From Squalus acanthias (Eukaryota): a stretch of DNA of 64,000 nt. The stretch covers positions 100,256,001 to 100,320,000 of the forward strand of contig CM059431.1 in assembly GCA_030390025.1 (NCBI GenBank), written 5' to 3'. The notes under the pieces are model-generated. The model was not told the origin of the DNA. It made no database searches and worked only from the letters and a program-made list of their open reading frames with translations. Positions 1-13,422 of this stretch are shown here, piece after piece (position 1 is the first letter of the stretch; the number at the start of each line of letters is the position of its first letter). Both the position numbers and the translations under genes were made by a program.

Positions 1-262
1 GTAAAAGATCCCATGGCAATATTTCGAATAGTTCTCCCTGATGTCCTGGGGCCAATATTTATCCCTCAATCAACATCACTAAAACAGATTATCTGGTCAT
101 TATCTCATTGCTGTTTGTGGGAGCTTGCTGTGCGCAAATTGGCTGCCGCGTTTCCCATATTACAACAGTGTCTACACTTCAAAAGAGTACTTCATTGGCT
201 GTAAAGCACTTTGGGACGTCCTGAGGTCGTGAAAGGCGCTATAGAAATGCAAGTTCTTTCTT
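1..262 (+). mobile_element. DeuSINE 3' half cut by the window edge; further fragments near 23845-24000, 34137-34395, 41240-41570, 50925-51040 and 63925-64000
   Basis: AAAAGATCCCATGGC..AAAGGCGCTATAGAAATGCAAG. Confidence 0.85.
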
Positions 263-841
263 TTCCTTTTTAAATGAATGAGACTAAAAAATGTCCTTAA
301 TTTTTGGCGTCACACTTGTAATTTCATGGAACACCCAGTTTTAGCGTGATGAGGTGGGCACTGAAGTGTCTTTGCCGGGAGATGGTTTTCTAACCATTCA
401 CACACAGTGGATAAGTAACTGAAGCCAGGAGAATAGGTTCAGTATCTTTAACCAAAACCTTGATAAGGGAAAAATAACCCAAAGCACCAGAGTTTCCGAA
501 ATGTAAAATCAAATTATGTAACATAATTGAAAAGTGTTAAGCTCGGTGCAGTCCTCGAACTGTTGCAATGTTTAAAATGTACATATATGGACTGACTGAG
601 TTTCCAGTGGGGGAATTTCTCTCTCTCTGAAGGACCTATTGGAAGTTTAGAGGGACACTGTGCAAGATTTTCCAACCATTTAATGAGTGATTGGAAAATG
701 GTGCACAGCACACTCCCGAATTTCCAACATGTGCTGCTGGCAGGGAAGGATCCCACTTGCAGTGCCAAGGCAGAGTGTTATTTTTTATCGGGATCGCGGT
801 ATACAATTTACGATTGCAGCTCAGGCAAGTTAGCAGATCGT

Positions 842-2169
842 GGGCTGACATTTGCGATCGGAGGCTTCCGACCTGCAAAATGTCTACGAAAGTACCTGGT
901 GGCCCGGGAGGTTCGGAGGCTGGCGACCCTGGGCCTCTCCGGATCTGCGCGGGCAGAGCCCCACGTATCCCAGGGCCTCTCCGGGTCCGCGCGGGCAGAG
1001 CCCCACGTATCCCTGGGCCTCTCCGGGTCCGCGCGGGCAGAGCCCCACGTATCCCAGGGCCTCTCCGGGTCCGCGCGGGCAGAGCCCCATGTATCCCTGG
1101 GCCTCTCCGGGTCCGCGCGGGCAGAGCCCCACGTATCCCTGGGCCTCTCCGGGTCCGCGCGGGCAGAGCCCCACGTATCCCAGGGCCTCTCCGGGTCCGC
1201 GCGGGCAGAGCCCCATGTATCCCAGGGCCTCTCCGGGTCCGCGCGGGCAGAGCCCCATGTATCCCAGGGCCTCTCCGGGTCCGCGCGGGCAGAGCCCCAT
1301 GTATCCCTGGGCCTCTCCGGATCTGCGCGGGCAGAGCCCCATGTATCCCAGGGCCTCTCCGGGTCCGCGCGGGCAGAGCCCCATGTATCCCTGGGCCTCT
1401 CCGGGTCCGCGCGGGCAGAGCCCCATGTATCCCTGGGCCTCTCCGGGTCCGCGCGGGCAGAGCCCCCCGTATCCCAGGGCCTCTCCGGGTCCGCGCAGGC
1501 AGAGCCCCCCGTATCCCAGGGCCTCTCCGGGTCCGCGCGGGCAGAGCCCCCCGTATCCCAGGGCCTAGGCCCTCCTGGGATCATGTGGGCCGGCCCAACC
1601 AATAAAAGAAGGGAATCCCCATTCATACTTTTAACAGGTCTGTATGTAAGGAACTGTCTAAAGTATGAATGGCGATCACTTAAAAAATACACCAACACAT
1701 GAAATCCATTTTTTGAAAAACATTACATATTTAAAATTAATTAAAATGCCATTTAATTAAATATTTTAAACAAAAATTTAATTTTTTGAAAAAATGTAAA
1801 TGTTTTTACAGGGCTAAAAATAAACTTACAATTTTGAAGAGTATTTTTAATTTATAAATGAGTGATCAAATTTCATTTTTCTATTTTTTTAAACTCTAAT
1901 GCTGGTAAAAGCAGGTCTTACGCCAGGTGTTTTACCAGGCGTAAGAATTTGACAGGCTTTCAGCGGGCAGAAGTTGGGCAGAAAGCGGAACTCTCCGCCC
2001 GCGGAGGCCCATCTCCCGGGCAGGTGGAGGATCTGTCAAGAGTTCTTGACAGATCGCAAGTGTTGTGTTTCAGCGCGTGCGCTTCGCATGCCTAAACCCG
2101 GAACTTGCGCCGCCCCTACGGGCGCGTACGCACCTCGGAAGCACCCGTGGGGGTCGCAAAATACGGCCC
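842..2169. mobile_element. MITE-like (probably Harbinger-type) element containing an expanded 42-bp minisatellite
   Basis: Imperfect TIR GGGCTGACATTTGCG / CGCAAAATACGGCCC; colinear with 33909-34904. Confidence 0.7.
928..1566. repeat. GC-rich minisatellite, 42-bp unit, about 15 copies
   Basis: Unit GGGCCTCTCCGGGTCCGCGCGGGCAGAGCCCCAYGTATCCCW; 14-aa periodic ORFs. Confidence 0.97.
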
Positions 2170-3308
2170 CTTGTTTTCAGGGACGAAACCATGGGAATGG
2201 CAGTGTAGTTTATATGTAAGATAACACACAATTAGTCCAGCCAAAAAGAAACCAAGAAAGGAATAATGATGAGTAATCACCCTTTCACTACAAGCTACAG
2301 CAAATACACTCTGGAGTGTAGCAAGATAATAATCCATTAAAAGAGATTATGTCACAAACCGAGAGATAAAAGCTAATACACCTTATCGCAACCACAAGAG
2401 ACAGAAACTTTGCAAAACTTTCCATTACAATTCTTTGAAGGCAGGCAGACAATGACAGACGACAGACTTGCATCACACAATTTGACAAGTCTAGCTATTG
2501 GGGATTTATTGCACTGACTGATGTAAAGGAATAGCATAACACATCCTCCGAATGCCATCAAATGGATTAGGACTAGCAAATCGACTTAGTATTGAAGGCC
2601 TGTCCTTCGCTATTGATTGGTCCTAATTAAAGTCAGTAAAGATTTTTATTAAACTCATTTAATTTAGTTCCTTATCCTCTGCATAACTCTTGTACGCCGG
2701 CAGAGATCAGTTCAAATGTCCCATGCTTGAGCAGAACTCTCACTAAAGTATGGATCAGATATGCCTCGCAATAATTGAACAGAGCTAATACATACTTGTC
2801 AAGTGGGAAATTCCAGTTAGGTGAACTCGCAGTGCATACTCGGAATAATACAGTAGTGTGTCAGCTCTGCTTGTTGATTGGTTGGTTGGTATCTTTAGTC
2901 TACTTGTGGTGGAGTCCAACACTAGGGGCCATCAATATAAGATAGTCACCAATAAATCCAATAGGGAATTCAGGAGAAACTTCTTTACCCAGCGAGTGGT
3001 GAGAATGTGGAACTCGCTACCACAGGGAGTGGTTGAGGCGAAGTGCAGAGATGCATTTAAGGGGAAGCTGGATAAACACATGAGGGAGAAAGGAATAGAA
3101 GGATATTCCTGGAATTCCCTGCCTAAACCTCTCCGCCTCGCTACCTCTCTTTCCTCCTTTAAGACGCTGCTTAAAACCTACCTCTTTGACCAAGCTTTTG
3201 GTCACCTGCCCTAATTTCTCCTTATGTGGCTCGGTGTCAAATTTTTTGTCTTAAAATACTCCTGTGCAGCACCTTGGGACGTTTTACTACATTAAAGACG
3301 CTATATAA

Positions 3309-3341
<33 letters not shown>

Positions 3342-3575
3342 TGTTGTTGTTATGTTGATGGGGCGGGATGAAGATAAACACATGAGGGAGAAAGGAATAG
3401 GAGGATATGTTGATAGGGTGAGATGAAGAGGGGTGGGAGGAGGCTGGTGTGGAGCAGAAACACCAGCACGGACCAGTTGGGCCGAATGGCCTGTTTCTGT
3501 GCTGTAGACTCTGTGTAAGTTTTGTAAATCGGCTTCTGACCTGAATAATGGACCTTAATGTATGTGTGTATTTGA

Positions 3576-3743
<168 letters not shown>

Positions 3744-4510
3744 TGATTCCCATCTTATGCTGTAAGTTTAAAGGCGCGGTGTCACTTATTGGCGGAGATT
3801 AATTAAGAACCAGTTCAGTTCCTGAAACAGCCGATTGCTACTGCTCTCTCATTGGCTGCTGGGAAGCTTCACAATGCAGTTTTCTTGCGAATGTGGCAAA
3901 TCTGGCAATAAAGCCCCCCTCCCCCCGGGCCGGGGCTTTCTCCTCCGTCGACCTTGGCACACATTTGGGGAAACACATCCTGTATGGGGAACGTCGGGTG
4001 TGGGGCTACGAGAGCGCAGAGAAAGATGAGCATAGTCTTGTGTTTCTGATTTGAATTCTGGGCTTGTGCTCTGCCTCTGGAGCCTGTTTACCTGTCCTGT
4101 GTATGGTTTGGTCTGCTTCACATGGAGGATGCACAGAAAGGCCAAGGTATCATCTCCTAATCTGTTTCAAGTGACGAATAACTGAATTCCTCTGAAATTT
4201 CTAATGGGGGAGCGCCAGTGGATGGGCCGTTCTCCTCTGGGTAAGACACAGACAGGGTACAATTGCTGTTATATCTCATTTCACATGGCGATTTCACAAC
4301 AGATAGAATGAATACAGTTACACCCAGGGTTCCACTAACTGGAGCAAACAGGAGTGCAGCGTCAGAGAAGGAGAGGATACAGGTGGGTGCATAACATTGT
4401 GAAAATAATTGCAGGTTGACAAGGCCACAGGCAAAGCAACAAAGCACTGGACATCTTTTCTAGAGGGATAGAATTGAAAAGCAGTGAAGTTATGTTAAAC
4501 TTGTATAGAA

Positions 4511-5630
4511 CCTTGGTTAGACCACACTTGGAGCACTGTGCACAGTCCTGGTCTCCATATACCTCGGTTAGACTACACTTGGAGCACTGTGCACAGTCCT
4601 GGTCTCCATATACCTTGGTTAGACCACACTTGGAGCACCGTGCATAGTTCTGGTCTCCATATACCTTGGTTAGACCACACTTGGAGCGCTGTGCACAGTT
4701 CTGGTCTCCATATACCTTGGTTAGACCACACTTGGAGCACCGTGCACAGTTCTGGTCTCCATATACCTTGGATAGACCACACTTGGAGCACTGTGCACAG
4801 TTCTGGTCTCCGTATACCTTGGTTAGACCACACTTGGAGCACTGTGCTCAGTTCTGCTCTCCATATGCCTTGGATAGACCACACTTGGAGCACTGTGCAC
4901 AGTTCTGCTCTCCATTTACCTTGGTTAGACCACAGTTGGAGTAGTGTACACAGTTCTGGTCTCCGTATACCTTGGTCAGACCGCCCTTGGAGCACTGTGC
5001 TCAGTTCTGCTCTCCATATGCCTTGGATAGACCACACTTGGAGCACTGCGCACAGTTCTGCTCTCCATATGCCTTGGATAGACCACACTTGGAGCACTGT
5101 GCACAGTTCTGGTCTCCATATGCCTTGGATAGACCGCCATTGGAGCACTGTGCACAGTTCTGGTCTCCATATGCCTTGGATAGACCACACTTGGAGCACT
5201 GTGCACAGTTCTGCTTTCCACTTACCTTGGTTAGACCACACTTGGAGCACTGTGAACAGTTCTGGTCTCCGTATACCTTGGTCAGACCGCCCTTGGAGCA
5301 CTGTGCACAGTTCTGCTCTCCATATGCCTTGGATAGACCACACTTGGAGCACTGTGCACAGTTCTGGTCTCCATATTCCTTGGATAGACCGCCCTTGGAG
5401 CATTGTGCACAGTTGTGGTCTCCATTTACCATGGATAGACCGCCCTTGGAGCACTGTGCACAGTTCTGGTCTCCATATACCTTGGTTAGACCGCACTTGG
5501 AGCACTGCGCACAGTTCTGGTCTCCGTATACCTTGGTTAGACCACGCTTGGAGTAGTGTACACAGTTCTGCTCTCCATTTACCTTGGTTAGACCACACTT
5601 GGAGTAGTGTACACAGTTCTGGTCTCCATA
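4511..5630 (+). repeat. CR1-derived minisatellite, 51-bp unit, about 22 copies, inside a CR1 3' fragment (about 4460-6012)
   Basis: Unit CCTTGGTTAGACCACACTTGGAGCACTGTGCACAGTTCTGGTCTCCATATA, corresponding to the CR1 ORF2 motif [16 protein letters not shown]. Confidence 0.95.
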
Positions 5631-6040
5631 TTATAAAAAGGATATCGAGACACTGGCGCAGATGCAAAAAAAATGACAAGGATGATACCAGAACTGAGAG
5701 GTTGTACCCATCAGGAAATGCTGAACAGGCTGGGGCTCGTTTCTCTGGAAGAGAGAAGGCTGAAGGGGTGACCTGATAGAGGTCTTTGAGATTATGAAGG
5801 GGTTTGATAGGGTAGACACACCACAGGGAGTGGTTGAAGTGAATAACAGAGATGCATTTAAGGGAAAGCTAGATAAACACATGAGGGAGAAAGGCATAGA
5901 GGGTTATGTTGATAGGTTGAGATGAAGAGGGGTGGGAGGAGGCTGGTGTGGAGCAGAAACACCGGCACGGACCAGTTGGGCCGAATGGCCTGTTTCTGTG
6001 CTGTAGACTCGATGAGTTTGTAAAAGTTTGCATGAGCTAG

Positions 6041-6154
<114 letters not shown>

Positions 6155-6771
6155 TAAATTAGCAGCAACGCATCTCATCAGAGGAAGTGCTGCATTTGGT
6201 GACTGCGATGAAGTCAATGTGCAGCTGCATGCCTTCATGTACCTGGTGCTGTAACACATGCTGTGTATGGTGTTCCTGTTAATGCTGTCCTGTGCAGAGT
6301 GAATAATGCTGTAACACGCTTTATGTCCATTCATTGCATTCATTGGTGTTTTGTTTGTTTGTTTGCTTTGATGTGTTCTGGTTTCCCTCGAGCACCCACA
6401 GCGAGATGTCACGGTGCGGGTTTGATGTGTTCCGTCGTTACTGGTGACCAGGTTGGGCAGGGATTTGATCTCCGAGGAGTTGAGGCATTCCCATTTCAGG
6501 TCCATTTCTTAGACAAGTTTAGGTCATCACAGAGCAAAAAAAATAAACTTTAAAAGTAAAACATTTCCTTCCTGTTACAGTAAAATATATCGTAAGAGTT
6601 AAATTTACCTTTGCCTATTTACCTATCTCTCGCTCGGAAGTTTTTCTGCATTTAATCCATTAATTGAGTTAGGTAACAAAGTGTTTACATTGCAAAGACT
6701 ATTCCTCGTAGAATGACTTGCAAAAAGTGTAGAGATTGAAGCTCTGGAGCTTTTAATTTTTAAACAAGTAG

Positions 6772-7101
<330 letters not shown>

Positions 7102-7322
7102 TGAGCCGCCTTCTTGACAACTGAGTGTCTCGCTCGGCCATTTCAGAGGGCAGTTATGGCTCAACCACGTTGCTGTGGGTCTGGAGTCACATATCGGCCA
7201 GACCGGGTAAAGGTGGCAGATTTCCTTCCCTAAGGGACATGAGTGAACCAGATGGGTTTTTACAACAATCCTGTAGTTTCATGGTCACCATCACTGATAC
7301 CAGCTTTTTATTCCAGATTTAT

Positions 7323-7632
7323 AGGGCAACACGGTGGCATAGTGGTTAGCACTGTTGCCTCACAGCGCCAGGGACCCGGATTCGAATCCGGCCACGGGTG
7401 ACTGTCTGTGTGGAGTTTGCACATTCTCCCCGTGTCTGCGTGGGGGTGCTCCGGTTTCCTCCCACAGTCCAAAGATGTGTGGGTTAGGTTGAGTTGGCTA
7501 TGATAAATTGACCCTTAGTGTTAGGGGGGATTAAATACGTGGGGTTACGGGGATAGGGTGGGATATGTGTCGGTGCAGGCTCGATGGGCCGAAATGGCCT
7601 CTATCTGCACTGTGGGGATTCTGTGATTCTGT
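7323..7632 (+). mobile_element. HE1-like V-SINE nested in another SINE
   Basis: tRNA head (TGGCATAGTGG, GATTCGAATCC), V domain TGTGTGGAGTTTGCACATTCTCCCCGTGTCTGCGTGGG, CR1-like tail with GATTCTGT repeats; GATTTAT duplicated at both ends. Confidence 0.85.
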
Positions 7633-7964
7633 GATTTATTTAATTAAGTGAATTTAAATTCCCCAGCTGCCGTGGTGGGATTTGAACTCATGTCTCTGGA
7701 TCATTGGTTCAGGCCTCTGGATTACTAGCCCAGTAACGCTACCGTTCCTGCAAATGGTGCCCTGAAACGTTCTGATAAATGTCACTTCGGTCTGTAGCAG
7801 TGATAATTCTTTGGGTGTGGCGTGCGCTTCGTATGGAAATCGTCGAAGAGATGTCCTGTGAGAACTGGCAAAGCAGCGCGGGGGGGGGGCCATCAATACC
7901 ACCCTGGTCCTTGGGGACAGACAGCAACCCCGTAAACCTGGGTGACACCTTCCACCCTCCACAA

Positions 7965-8465
7965 ACTTCAGCTCATCCAAAACTCTGCTGCCCCCGTGTC
8001 CTAACTCGCACCAAGTCCCGTTCGCCCGTCACCCCCTGTGCTCGCTGACCTACACTGGCTCCCGGTCTGGCAATGCCTCGATTTTAAAATTCTCATCCTT
8101 GTTTCCAATTCCCTCCATGGTCTCCCCCCTCCCTATCTCTGTAACCTCTTCCAGCCACTACAACCCTCCGAGATCTCTGCGCTCCTCCAATTCTGGTCTC
8201 TTGAGCATCCCCGATTTCCATCGCCCCACTATTGGTGGCCGTGCCTTCAGCTGCCTGGGCCCCAAGCTCTGGAATTCGCTCCCTAAACCTCTCCGCCTCT
8301 CTTTCCTCCTTTAAGACGCTCCTTAAAACCGACCTCTGACCTGTCCCAATATCTCCTTATGTGGCTCGGTGTCAAAGTTTGTTTTATAATCGCTCCTGTG
8401 AAGTGTCTTGGGAGGTTTTACCACGTTAAAGGGACTATATAAATGCAAGTTGCTGTTGTTGTTGA
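7965..8465 (+). mobile_element. L2 LINE 3' end; other copies near 3107-3350 (+), 17175-17810 (+), 22143-22650 (-) and 30897-31278 (-)
   Basis: LHWLPV, GGRAFSCLGPKLWNSLP, tail TATATAAATGCAAGTTG(TTG)n. Confidence 0.88.
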
Positions 8466-8467
8466 CC

Positions 8468-9485
8468 GTGTCAGCTGTGGCTCAGTGGGTAGCACACTCG
8501 CCTCTGAGTCAGAAGGTTCTGGGTTCAAGACCCACTCCCAGAGACTAGAGCACAAAATCTAGGCTGACACTCCAGTGCAGTGCTGAGGGAGCGCCGCACT
8601 GTCGGAGGGGCAGTACCGAGGGAGCGCCGCACTGTCGTTGGGGCAGTACTGAGGGAGTGCCGCATTGTCGGAGGGGCAGTACTGAGGGAGCGCCGCACTG
8701 TCGGAGGGGCAGTACTGAGGGAGCACTGCACTGTCGGAGGGGCAGTACTGAGGGACTGCTGCACTGTCGGAGAGGCAGTACTGAGGGAGCGCTGCACTGT
8801 CAGAGGCGCTGCACTGTCAGAGGGGCAGTACTGAGGGAGCGCTGCACTGTCGGAGGGGCAGTACTGAGGGAGCGCTGCACTGCACTGTCAGAGGGTCAGT
8901 ACTGAGAGAGTGCCGCATTGTCGGAGGGGCAGTACTGAGGGAGCGCCGCACTGTCGGAGGGGCAGTACTGAGGGAGCGCTGCACTGTCGGAGAGGCAGTA
9001 CTGAGGGAGCGCTGCACTGTCGGAGGCGCTGCACTGTCAGAGGGGCAGTACTGAGGGAGCGCTGCACTGTCGGAGGGGCAGTACTGAGGGAGCGCTGCAC
9101 TGTCAGAGGGGCAGTACTGAGAGAGCGCCGCACTGTCGGAAGTGCAGCACTGAGGGAGTGCTGCACTGTCAGAGATGCCGTCTTTCGGATGAGACGTTAA
9201 ACCGAGGCCCCGTCTGCTCTCTCAGGTGGACGCAAAAGATCCCATGGCACTTTTTCTAAGAAGAGCAGGGGAGTTCTCCCCGGTGTCCTGGCCAATATTT
9301 ATCCCTCAACCAACTTCACCAAAACAGATTATCTAATCATTATCCCATTGCTGTTTGTGGGATCTTACTGTGAGCAAATTGGCTGCCGCGGTTCCCACAT
9401 TATAACAGTGACTACACTTCAAAAGTATTTCATTGGCTGTAAAGCGCTTTAGGGAGGTCGTGAAAGGCGCTGTAGAAATCAAGAC
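8468..9485 (+). mobile_element. tRNA-derived DeuSINE (SacSINE1-like) with about 18 copies of a 33-bp internal repeat
   Basis: A box TGGCTCAGTGGG, B box GGTTCAAGACC, Deu-like domain GATGAGACGTTAAACCGAGG..AAAAGATCCCATGGCAC, L2-like tail. Confidence 0.85.
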
Positions 9486-9819
9486 TTGATTCCTTCTACT
9501 GCACGAGGGCCTGTAGTCTCGGCCACCTGCTCGCACCGCTCTCTCTGCGGCTCTTAAGGTAATCACCGCAGTAAACGCTCATCGCAGGCAACCACAGCCG
9601 ATCTCCGTGATATCAGTCAGGTTGCGCGGGGTGGGGTGGCACGCATGAGTGAGGTGATTGACGCCCTTCGCAGGAGAGCTGGGGGAATTCACTACCTTCG
9701 GTTTCACGGTGAGGCAGCAGTGAGATACTGTCAACAACAACTGTCATTTATCTAGCGCCTTTAACGTGGAAAAACGTCCCAAGGAGCGATTATCAGACAA
9801 ACTTTGACACCGAGCCAAG

Positions 9820-10500
9820 AAAAGAAAGACTTTCATTTCTATCGTGCCTTTCATGACCACCAGACATCTCATTGCGCTTTACAGCCAATGAAGTACTTTT
9901 TGAAGTGTAGTCACTGTTGTAATGTAGGAAACGCGGCAGCCAATTTGCACGCACTGCCCCTCCGACAGTGCAGCGCTCCCTCAGTACTGACCCTCCGACA
10001 ATGCGGCGCTCCCTCAGTACTGCCCCTCCGACAATGCGGCGCTCCCTCAGTACTGCCCCTCCGACAATGCGGCGCTCCCTCAGTACTGCCCCTCCGACAG
10101 TGCGGCGCTCCCTCAGTACTGCCCCTCCGACAGTGCAGCGCTCCTTCAGTACTGCCCCTCCGACAGTGCGGCGCTCCCTCAGTACTGCCCCGTCCGACAG
10201 TGCAGCGCTCCCTCAGTACTGCCCCTCCGACAGTGCGGCACTCCCTCAGTACCGCCCCTCCGACAGTGCAGCGCTCCCTCATTACTGCCCCTCTGACAGT
10301 GCGGCGCTCCCTCAGTACTGCCCCTCCGACAGTGCGGCGCTCCCTCAGTACTGACCCTCCGACAGTGCGGCGCTCCCTCAGTACTGCCCCTCCGACAGTG
10401 CAGCGCTCCCTCAGCACTGCACTGGAGTATCAGCCTGGATTTTGTGCTCAAGTCTCTGGAGTGGGACTTGAACCCACGACCTTCTGACTCAGAGGCGAGA
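9820..10500 (-). mobile_element. DeuSINE with 33-bp array (about 14 units) and central domain deleted
   Basis: Head at about 10420-10500, array, then tail joined directly at about 9950. Confidence 0.85.
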
Positions 10501-10784
10501 AATTGACAGTCTTGGATCAGCCACCCATTTTACACCCTGTCCGGTTTACTTTCCATCACAGTCACAGTAATGTATTTGGCTACTGGTTTGATGTTTGCAG
10601 TAATAGGACAGTTTATAGACATGCAAATATATTTCATTGGTATATTTTTAGTTTATACTGGACAATGTATGATGCATACACTGACTAGTGGATAACCAAA
10701 TAGTAGGAAAGTATTTACAGTAGTGATGATGGAGATGTGGTTTGCAAGACTACATTTCGCGGAGAAAATAATCATTATTATACA

Positions 10785-12640
<1,856 letters not shown>

Positions 12641-12650
12641 GCATGTCACT

Positions 12651-12889
12651 TAGGGTTGCCAACTCTAGTTGGATATATTCCTGGAGGTTTCATCACATGA
12701 TCTCCCACCTCCAATAATTTTTATAACTGATTAAAAAAAAAAGTGTTAAAACAAAATGGGCGAAAGGCACAATTTTTTGTTAATGCCCCTTGTGATCTTT
12801 CTCCCTGGGTTTTCCTGGCAGCAGTGTCCGAGCGATTAACCTTTAATTCCTGGAGACTCCAGGGTAATCCTGGGGGGCTGGCAACCCCA
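12651..12889. mobile_element. hAT-like MITE; a longer relative lies at 39855-40230
   Basis: TIR TAGGGTTGCCA / TGGCAACCCCA; shared ATTCCTGGAGG..CATCACATGA and GGAGACTCCAGGG segments; no clear TSD. Confidence 0.6.
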
Positions 12890-13209
12890 GCAGAGGAATC
12901 CCATCTCGGGTATAAATTTATTTTTATTCGTTCCTGGGATGCGACGGTCGCTGGCAAGGCCAGTATTTATTGCCCATCCCTAATTGCCCCTTGAGAAGGT
13001 GGTGGTGAGCCGCCGCCTTGAACCGTTGCAGTCCGTGTGGTGAAGGTACTCCCACAGTGCTGTTAGGGAGGGAGTTCCAGGATTTTGACTCAGCGACGAT
13101 GAAGGATCGGCCGATATATTTCCAAGTCAGGATGGTGTGTGACTTGGCGGGGAACTTGGAGGTGGTGGTGTTCCCATGCGCCTGCTGTCTGTGTCCTTCT
13201 AGGTGGTAG

Positions 13210-13422
<213 letters not shown>

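Noticed and set aside
683..1702. Long ORFs of 180-339 aa in several frames
   Set aside because: Artefact of a stop-free 42-bp repeat, open on both strands, inside an intron.
3071..3408. 36-bp direct repeat around an L2 tail as a very long TSD
   Set aside because: Better explained as a short internal CR1 tandem duplication with L2 inserted in the first unit.
4538..5776. 412-aa and 368-aa periodic ORFs
   Set aside because: Translation of the 51-bp CR1 minisatellite.
8468..8545. Possible tRNA genes (also 7323-7395 and 16216-16305)
   Set aside because: A/B boxes continue into SINE bodies, so these are SINE heads.
8577..9172. CRISPR-like regular repeats
   Set aside because: Head-to-tail units with no unique spacers, no cas genes, and a vertebrate context.
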